From the NCBI GenBank assembly GCA_963825645.1, contig CAWGTT010000011.1:32558-64557 (forward strand): 32,000 nt of DNA, given 5' to 3'. The translations under genes and the position numbers were made by a program. Numbering within the stretch: position 1 is the first letter of the stretch; the number at the start of each line of letters is the position of its first letter. The DNA comes from an uncultured Actinomycetota bacterium. GTDB taxonomy: Bacteria; Actinomycetota; Actinomycetes; Actinomycetales; Kineosporiaceae. Shown here one piece after another: positions 17,986 to 24,543 of the stretch. The notes beneath the pieces are model-generated. The model saw only the letters and a list, made by a program, of their open reading frames with translations. It was not told the DNA's origin and ran no database searches.

Positions 17986-18773
17986 GGCATGTCCCCGGCC
18001 ATGGGCCGGAATGGTCGGCCGCCGAACGAGACGAGTGGGGCGAGATCGGTTCGGACCGTGCTGATGAGGACATCGATGACGCCGTCGCGCTCGTCACCGC
18101 ACCGGGTGCGGCCGGCGGGATCGTCGTCCGAGCGCAGGAGCCGATGGCGCAGCCACAGCTCGCCGGTCCGCTCCTCCACCACGACGCCCGCCTCCCGAGG
18201 GCGTCTGCCCGTTCCCGCGCAGAGCCTGTGCACGACCTCCCGGACCGGGAGGAGCCGCAGCCGGGTAGCGCGCAGGTCTACACCGTGGTCCGTGAGCCGG
18301 CACCCGTACCCGGCGAGGCAACCGCCGGCCAGCGTGAGCAAGTGGGCGCTCCCCCATTCGGCGTGGACGGTTGACAGCCGGGTTGGGGGGCGGGGCACGA
18401 CGATGGGGAACAGCGCCTCCAGCAGCGCCCCGTTCGCGGCGAGGACCGCCTCGAACGCCCGCCGGTCCTGCCGGGAGGGCTCGGCGAGGTCCTCGGGATG
18501 GCTGTGCGCGGTGCCCCGATAGGCCAGGTCGGGGCGACGCTCACGGAGCCGGTCGAGGCGCTCGCCCAGTGCGTCGCTGTGCCGGTAGCCGACCGGGTCG
18601 CCGGGCTCGGGATCCACCACGATCTGGGTCACGAGCCGGGCGCCGTCCGGGCCGAGGAGAGCAGCGCCACGCTCGGCCTCGCCGGCACCCATGACGAGGG
18701 CGCGGGACAGCCGGTCCGCAGCGACGTCAGTGATCCACCATCCCGTTCGTGCCACCGACCGTTCAGGACGCAT
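17982..18773 (-). CDS. JAB/MPN (JAMM) metallopeptidase with a roughly 100-aa C-terminal extension
   Basis: Exact JAMM signature: E in GEAERGAALLG, then HSHPEDLAEPSRQD (HxHx7Sx2D). GGGGAGG Shine-Dalgarno 9 nt upstream of ATG 18773. The start overlaps the upstream gene by 11 nt. Confidence 0.85.
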   Translation of the reverse strand: MRPERSVARTGWWITDVAADRLSRALVMGAGEAERGAALLGPDGARLVTQIVVDPEPGDPVGYRHSDALGERLDRLRERRPDLAYRGTAHSHPEDLAEPSRQDRRAFEAVLAANGALLEALFPIVVPRPPTRLSTVHAEWGSAHLLTLAGGCLAGYGCRLTDHGVDLRATRLRLLPVREVVHRLCAGTGRRPREAGVVVEERTGELWLRHRLLRSDDDPAGRTRCGDERDGVIDVLISTVRTDLAPLVSFGGRPFRPMAGDMP

Positions 18774-19455
18774 AGGGGAAACGCCTCCCCCGCATCGCGT
18801 AGCCCGCACCTTCCTGCCACTGGACGGCGCGGGCCAGGGCGGTGTCCAGGCGAGGCAGCCCACCCAGCGGCCCGGCGCTCAGACACAGCACGACGCCGTC
18901 CGTGGTCGTGTAGACGTGCACGCCGTGGTGGGTCAGCGTGGGCACGCGACCGAGGAAGGCCTTCAGTGGGACAAGGGTGTCCCGCCCGGAGTCGTGGCAG
19001 ACGTAGGCCCACAGGTAGACGTGATAGAGCGCCGTCTCCTGCAGCAGGGCGACGATCGCGTGGAGGTAGTCACCGTGGCGCTGGCTGCGCGCTGTGCGGA
19101 AGTACCAGCCCTCTGGGGCCGCGGCCGGGATCGCGAGGCCACGCTCGCGTGCCCGGTCCACGGTGGCCAGACAGGCCAACCAGCGAGTACCACGGGCAGC
19201 CAGCTCGCGGACGACGCAAGCCTCCTGTGCGCGCCGCGCCACCGACGGCGCCGCGAACCGCTCCGCCGGAAGGACGGTCCCGTGGACCACCGTGCCGGCA
19301 GAGCGCACCTCCACCGTGCCGTCCGGGAGCAGCACCACCTCTCCCCCGGCGCGGCGCGCATCTCGCTCAGCGGACTGGAACGGATCGATCCAGGACTCGA
19401 CATCGTCGGACGTGAACGGCACGGCCGCTTCGCTGCGAACGACTCTGTTGCTCAT
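18763..19455 (-). CDS. UBC/E2-like candidate protein (first gene of the overlapping E2-JAB-E1-TM block)
   Basis: Strong Shine-Dalgarno (GGAGAAGGAGAAGG) ahead of ATG 19455. The segment THHGVHVYTTTDGVVLCLS resembles the E2 active-site flap (HPN...dG.iCL). The fold assignment is inference only. Confidence 0.7.
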   Translation of the reverse strand: MSNRVVRSEAAVPFTSDDVESWIDPFQSAERDARRAGGEVVLLPDGTVEVRSAGTVVHGTVLPAERFAAPSVARRAQEACVVRELAARGTRWLACLATVDRARERGLAIPAAAPEGWYFRTARSQRHGDYLHAIVALLQETALYHVYLWAYVCHDSGRDTLVPLKAFLGRVPTLTHHGVHVYTTTDGVVLCLSAGPLGGLPRLDTALARAVQWQEGAGYAMRGRRFPYAS

Positions 19456-19465
19456 GGCCCCTTCT

Positions 19466-19505
19466 CCTTCTCCATGTCCCGACCGCCTTCTCCATGTCCC
19501 GACCG
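19466..19505. repeat. perfect 20-bp tandem direct repeat (2 copies) in the leader of the E2-like gene
   Basis: ccttctccatgtcccgaccg occurs at 19466-19485 and again at 19486-19505. On the coding (minus) strand each copy reads CGGTCGGGACATGGAGAAGG, so it carries an ATG plus an SD-like GGAGAAGG. Confidence 0.95.
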
Positions 19506-19507
19506 CC

Positions 19508-19538
19508 GGGGACGCTCCGCCGCGCACACCGCGTCCCC
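19508..19538 (-). terminator. GC-rich hairpin abutting the stop of the upstream membrane-protein ORF (terminator or attenuator candidate)
   Basis: ggggacgc (19508-19515) pairs with gcgtcccc (19531-19538): an 8-bp stem with a 15-nt loop. There is no U-tract. Confidence 0.3.
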
Positions 19539-20062
19539 TAGACCCGAGTCAGGACACGTACGCACGAGACCAGCACCGCCAGACCGACCGCCATCGCGAG
19601 GACCGTCGCCGCGGCCACCACCACGGCGCCCACAGATGCCACGACGGACGCGGCGACGCCGGCGTACTCGAGTGCCTCCCACCCGTGGGCGACTCGGCCG
19701 AGCGCGTTGGCGACGCCGCTTACCACCAGCGCGACGAGCGCCACCACGCACAGGGCCAGGCACAGTGCTGGGCGGCCCCCCAGGGTGGCTACCGAGCACG
19801 CGAGGCCCGAGCAGTCGGGTCGACCCATGAGCCAGGTCTGGCCGGCAGCCACGCCGGCATCCACACCGATCAAGAGAACCGAGACGCGCCGGAACGGGCG
19901 GGCAATCCACGTCTGCGACACGGTGGCCGTCCGGGTCCGGTCCCACCCGGGACGGCTAACGGGGCTCCGCCACGCCCACGACGCGCTGCGGCGCACAACC
20001 GGCGGTGGCGCAACCGGCAACGACCAGCTACCAGGCGGCGCCGCCTCGTCCCAACTACGCAC
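19538..20062 (-). CDS. hypothetical membrane protein (Trp-rich N-terminus, 2-3 C-terminal TM helices)
   Basis: GC3 is high across the whole ORF. The C-terminal half is hydrophobic (ALCLALCVVALVALVVSGV..., VVASVGAVVVAAATVLAMAVGLAVLV). The start is uncertain (GTG 20062 or ATG 19828). Confidence 0.5.
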   Translation of the reverse strand: MRSWDEAAPPGSWSLPVAPPPVVRRSASWAWRSPVSRPGWDRTRTATVSQTWIARPFRRVSVLLIGVDAGVAAGQTWLMGRPDCSGLACSVATLGGRPALCLALCVVALVALVVSGVANALGRVAHGWEALEYAGVAASVVASVGAVVVAAATVLAMAVGLAVLVSCVRVLTRV

Positions 20063-20632
20063 GGCGTCTCACCAATCCTCTCGACACCAGCTCTGCATGC
20101 CTTTCGCCCGACCCAGTGCACGAGCGTCTGGGTCGTTCAGACACGATCTGTGGTGGGCGCAGGGCGGCCGCGAATACGCCTCCGCTCGACCGTTCGGGTG
20201 CAAGAGAGCTTGCTGCAGCGGACGTTTCGGCATGTCGTCCTCCGACTCGCCACCTCGGTGGCGGGACTGAGTGCGCTGACAGGGGCGGCTCACTGGGTGT
20301 AGCCGGCCTGAGATCGTGTAGCCCCGACGGCGATAGACGGCCGGCTCTTCGGCTGTGGCGGACAGGCGGCCGCGATCCGCACCGTCGCCGCACTCTCGCA
20401 TTACCAAGGGGCATGCGAGGTACGTGAACGCGCCTAGCTCAGCAAAGATCGGACAAGCGTGGTAGTGCAATCGGCGCCGACGCCTGGCTGATCGGCATCT
20501 GGCCTGTCAACGGTCCGGACCTAGCGAGGAGTACTCATCGAACTCCCGATTCAATAATCCACCAAATCAGGACAGTTTGGCAAGTGCCAGAGGCGAATTC
20601 CTCGTGCGAATGTCAGCGGTAGTTGCCCAGTC

Positions 20633-21490
20633 CTACACCCCTGTTGAACCCGACAGCCGCTGGAGACGGTCGAGGGTGGCGTCCGGGCTCTCCGCCACCG
20701 CCCGCAGATGGTCCAAGGTCTCTCTGTACACCGCCAGTTCAGCCGGACGGTTGAGGAACAGCTGGCCGGAACGTCCTTCGACGTACACGACATCCGGCAT
20801 CAAGGACCCCTCGAACTTCAAGATCATGAAGGTACCCTCCATGCCGGCATGTGCTCCGGCCTCGAATGGGACCAGCTGAAGGGTCAGCGTTCCGGATTGG
20901 GCGAGCCGACTCAGGCGCTCGAGCTGGCCCTGCATCACCTTCGGGCCGCCGACCTGCCGGTGCAGAACCGCTTCGTCAAGGATCACCCAGTAGCTGGGTC
21001 GACGTTCGCCCTCCAGGAGCCTCTGGCGCTCCACGCGTGACTCCACGTACTGCTCAACTGCCTCGGGGGACAGGCCTGGGACGATGCGCCGCATGAGTGC
21101 ACGCGTGTAGTCCGGAGTCTGCAGCAGACCCGGGACGCGCACGGTCTCGTAGTGCTCGAGCGCTGTCGCAGCGTCCTCGAGACCGATGTAGGTCGCCGAG
21201 CGCGAGGCCACAACTTCGTAGCTCTGCCACCAGCCCGGCTGGCCGGCCTCGCGAGCGAGCGTCATCAGCTCGTGGGCCTCGTCGTCGTCCACCTCGTAGA
21301 GCAGGCACAGATCTCGAACGTCACGAAGGGCCGCGCTCCGGCGGGCCGTCTCGAGCCGGCTCACCTTGCTCGGCGAACACAGCAGGCGTGCGGCCACGTC
21401 CTCGATGCTCATGCCCGCGGCCTCGCGCAATGCCCGCAAGCGGTTGGCGAGCACCCACGCCCGCACCGTCGGGCTGACCTGCTCCGGCAC
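20633..21490 (-). CDS. XRE-family HTH regulator with a DUF5753-type C-terminal domain (WhiJ/Scr1-like)
   Basis: LRALREAAGMSIEDVAARLLCSPSKVSRLETARR HTH, then ...GLLQTPDYTRALM... and the LQLVPFEAGAHAGMEGTFMIL motif. GGAAGGGG Shine-Dalgarno before GTG 21490. Confidence 0.9.
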   Translation of the reverse strand: MPEQVSPTVRAWVLANRLRALREAAGMSIEDVAARLLCSPSKVSRLETARRSAALRDVRDLCLLYEVDDDEAHELMTLAREAGQPGWWQSYEVVASRSATYIGLEDAATALEHYETVRVPGLLQTPDYTRALMRRIVPGLSPEAVEQYVESRVERQRLLEGERRPSYWVILDEAVLHRQVGGPKVMQGQLERLSRLAQSGTLTLQLVPFEAGAHAGMEGTFMILKFEGSLMPDVVYVEGRSGQLFLNRPAELAVYRETLDHLRAVAESPDATLDRLQRLSGSTGV

Positions 21491-21666
21491 AGTGACCCCT
21501 TCCGAGACGAGCCAGACATTGGTAGCAACTGACGGTAGATGACTATGGCAAGTGCCCGGGTGCGCTAGTGTACTCGGCGACTGGCGTGTCGGGGCGGCTC
21601 GCGGGCCTGTGCGCCCGGGTCGGCGGGTCGCTTGGCCGGGGTGTATCCCACGGAGAATCGAGAGCC

Positions 21667-21888
21667 ATGGATATCCAAGGAAATGAGTCCACCACCCGTA
21701 GGTGGCGCAAGGCCAAGAAGAGCGGGGTCGGGGGTTGTGTTGAGCTCTCTCCCATAACGGGCGGGATCGCCATCCGGGACTCCAAGGATCCCAGCGGTCC
21801 AGAGTTGAAATACACGATCCCCGAGCTCGACGCGTTTCTTGATGGGGCTAAGAAGGGTGAGTTCGACGACCTCCTGATACCGCACTGA
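21667..21888 (+). CDS. DUF397 domain protein (BldB-like)
   Basis: WRKAKKSGVGGCVELSPITGGIAIRDSKDPSGPEL is the DUF397 signature. ATG 21667. Confidence 0.85.
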   Translation: MDIQGNESTTRRWRKAKKSGVGGCVELSPITGGIAIRDSKDPSGPELKYTIPELDAFLDGAKKGEFDDLLIPH

Positions 21889-22234
21889 GCTGAGGCCCTT
21901 TGACATCGGTGAGAGCCGACAGGAGGTCCCTGCCGACCGCTGACGCCTGCCAAGAGCCACTGCTTCTCCGTGCGGGGACCCTGAAGCCTGTGTCGTCGAC
22001 CGACCAGCCCCCGCACCAAGCACCCGCTCCGCCATCGGAACGGTCGACGGATCGCTCGCCAGTACACCGTGAGCCATTCCACGGCGAGCGTGCGATGACT
22101 GGATAACTCGACGCCGGCGGAAAACCCGAGCGGCCGGGTGGGGACTCCGGGCCCGAGGCGTCGCTTCGGCCACGTCGTGCACGACAGGCCGGGTTGGTGG
22201 AAGGTTGCGCTGTCTCGGAGCGTTTGAGCCCACC

Positions 22235-23719
22235 GTGAGCCACACCGTCCCGGGACCCGAGCAGGAGCCCGCCCGCGACGGTTCGGCGCAGGCGACGTCC
22301 GGCGACCTGGGCGATCGTGCCCGATGGATCGCGCTTGCGGTCTGCTGCAGCGCGATGTTCATGACCTTGCTGGACGTATCGGTCACCAATGTCGCGCTGC
22401 CCAGCATCGGCCGAGCGACCGGCGCCGGTCCGTCCCAGCTGCAGTGGATCGTCAGCGGCTACACGCTGGCCTTCGGACTGGTGCCGGTGCTCGCCGGTCG
22501 TCTGGGGGACGATCACGGTCGCCGCTTGATGTTCCAGGTCGGCGTGGGCGGCTTCATGGTCACCAGCGCGGTGGCCGGTCTGGCCCCGAACAGTTCGCTG
22601 CTGATCGCGGCCCGGGTGCTCCAGGGGATCGCCGGAGGTCTGATCAACCCGCAGGTGTCCGGGCTGATCCAGCAGATGTTCCGCGGATCGGAGCGTGGCC
22701 GGGCCTTCGGTTACCTCGGCATGACCGTCGGCCTGGGTACCGCGCTCGGACCACTCGTCGGTGGTCTGTTGATCGGCCTGGGTGGTCCGGAGTCGGGGTG
22801 GCGGCTGGTGTTCTTCATCAACGTGCCAATCGGCCTGGCCGTGATCGTCCTGGCTCGGAAATACGTTCCGCGAACTCCCGCTGTCGGCCGGCACAGCCTC
22901 GACGTTCTCGGCGCGCTCATCCTCGGATTGGCGACATTCTGCGTGCTCTTCTCCGCGGTGGAGTACGACCAGCTGCACGATGCCCGGATCTACTGGCTGC
23001 TCGTCCCCGCGGCTCTACTGCTGGTGGCCTTCCTCCGCCGCGAGCGCCGGCTGACCGACCAGCAGCGAGACCCCCTCGTCGACTTCCGGCTCTTCCGACA
23101 GCCCTCCTACACCGCGGGGGTCCTGCTCGCCCTGACCTACTTCCCCGCGTTCGCCGGAATCCCCTTGGTGTTGGCGCTCTTCTACCAGCAGGGCTACGGC
23201 TACACGCCGTTGCAGTCGGCACTGGGCGTCACGGCGTACGCCATCGGAAACGCCATAGGGGCGCCCGCGGCCGGGCGGGTCGTCACCCGGGTCGGCCGAC
23301 CGCTCGTCGTGGCCGCGGCACTCACCTTCGGACTGGGCGCAGCCGCCCTCGCTGTCGTCGCCCGTACGGTTCCCGACACCCATATCGCCCTGGCCTTCGC
23401 CGGTCCATTGCTCGTGATGGGCATCGGGTCCGGCGCCCTGATCACTCCGAACCAGACGCTCACCCTGGCCGCCGTCGACCCGGCGGTCGGCAGCACCGCG
23501 GGCGGAGTCCTGCAGACGGGCCAACGCATCGGTCTGGCGCTGGGTCAGGCGTTCGTCGGCGCAGCCTTCTTCGCCGCCCTGGCCGGCAGCAGCCACGCCT
23601 CGTACGCCACGGCCCTCGCCACGGCGGTCTCAGTAGCCCTGATCTTCGTGGCGGCGGCCCTCGTCGTCGGTGTCCTCGACCTCGTCCGCAGCCACCGGAC
23701 AGTCGTCGGACCGGCCTGA
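22235..23719 (+). CDS. MFS transporter, DHA2 (EmrB/QacA-like, 14-TMS) type
   Basis: MFMTLLDVSVTNVALPSIG..., QWIVSGYTLAFG, motif A-like GRLGDDHGRR, and about 14 hydrophobic segments. Start is GTG 22235 or TTG 22205. Confidence 0.9.
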   Translation: MSHTVPGPEQEPARDGSAQATSGDLGDRARWIALAVCCSAMFMTLLDVSVTNVALPSIGRATGAGPSQLQWIVSGYTLAFGLVPVLAGRLGDDHGRRLMFQVGVGGFMVTSAVAGLAPNSSLLIAARVLQGIAGGLINPQVSGLIQQMFRGSERGRAFGYLGMTVGLGTALGPLVGGLLIGLGGPESGWRLVFFINVPIGLAVIVLARKYVPRTPAVGRHSLDVLGALILGLATFCVLFSAVEYDQLHDARIYWLLVPAALLLVAFLRRERRLTDQQRDPLVDFRLFRQPSYTAGVLLALTYFPAFAGIPLVLALFYQQGYGYTPLQSALGVTAYAIGNAIGAPAAGRVVTRVGRPLVVAAALTFGLGAAALAVVARTVPDTHIALAFAGPLLVMGIGSGALITPNQTLTLAAVDPAVGSTAGGVLQTGQRIGLALGQAFVGAAFFAALAGSSHASYATALATAVSVALIFVAAALVVGVLDLVRSHRTVVGPA

Positions 23720-23734
23720 CACACCACCGATGAG

Positions 23735-24352
23735 GTGAGCGCGCGCGGCGACGAACGGCCCCGCGCGCAGGGCGCGGTCCGCTCGACTTGTCATGTGGTG
23801 GTGCCCCGACAAGAAGCAGAAGCAACGCCGGCGCGAACGTCCCCGCCGCCCGGCCGCCTTGTTCTGTGGTGCTTCGCGCTGGCCTACGGCCTCAGTTGGG
23901 CATGGGTCATACCTTGGGCGGCAACCGGCCACACGGTCATCCAGGGCCGCCTGCCCCCGCGCGATGACTTCGCCGGCTTCAGCGGTCCGCCCACTGGCCT
24001 CGGACTGCTGGGAGTGTGGGCCCTCGTCCTGCTGGTGAACGGGCTCGGAGAGGAAACCGGTTGGCGCGGTTACGCGCTCCCCCAACTGCAACGCCGCTTC
24101 GGTCCACTCACCAGCAGCCTGATCATCGCCGGAACCTGGGACGGCTGGACATCCCGCAGTTCTTCTGCTGGACACCTACGAGAACTTCTCTGCGGCGATG
24201 CTCCCGATCTTCGTCCTCGGACTACCGGTGGGGCCATCGTGTTGACCTGGCTGTACAACCACACCGGCGGCAGCATCCTCGCCGTTGCGGTCCGGCACGG
24301 GCTGTACGACCTGACCGGCGCCACGACAGCGGCCCGCTCAGGTCCGGAGTGA
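23735..24352 (+). pseudogene. CPBP-family (CAAX/Abi-type) intramembrane protease relic with internal frame disruptions
   Basis: Motif 1 GEETGWRGYALPQLQRRFGPL and the C-terminal IVLTWLYNHTGGSILAVAVRHGLYDL are in frame. The roughly 28 codons between them are hydrophilic nonsense, while the expected TM sequence (IPQFF / LLLDTYENFSAAMLPIFVLGLPVG) sits in the other two frames. The N-terminal part also looks shortened. Confidence 0.55.
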
Positions 24353-24455
24353 TCCAAGCCGCCATGCGGACCTTCGTGGTCACGCTGGCGCTGCCGTTGC
24401 GGGTGAGCCGACTTCCGTGCCGAGGCGCGCTCGGTCTCTCCCGTGAGCGCTCAGC

Positions 24456-24491
24456 ACCTTGTCGGTGAGGTAGACCTTGTCGGTGAGGTAG
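24456..24491. repeat. perfect 18-bp tandem direct repeat (2 copies) upstream of the LacI gene
   Basis: accttgtcggtgaggtag occurs at 24456-24473 and again at 24474-24491, about 50 nt upstream of GTG 24544. Confidence 0.95.
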
Positions 24492-24543
24492 GCGGTCAAG
24501 ACCGACCGGAGGACGTCAGCGTGGACGTCGTGAAGGAGGACGG

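Noticed and set aside
18498-20302. Plus-strand ORFs of 305-402 aa (18498-19415, 18691-19830, 19094-20302) across the E2/JAB region
   Set aside because: Extremely Arg/Pro-rich with no motifs. They lie antisense to genes with exact JAB and E1 signatures and strong Shine-Dalgarno sites.
20435-20442. tagctcag, a D-loop-like tRNA signature, in the AT-richer spacer
   Set aside because: Within the appropriate distance there is no acceptor-stem complementarity, no anticodon arm and no GGTTCGAATCC-type T-loop. It is an isolated 8-mer.
21848-22978. 376-aa minus-strand ORF and the 469-aa alternative plus-strand frame (22324-23733) over the MFS gene
   Set aside because: Only the 22235-23719 frame gives 14 hydrophobic helices and MFS motifs. 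The others are Arg-rich shadow frames.
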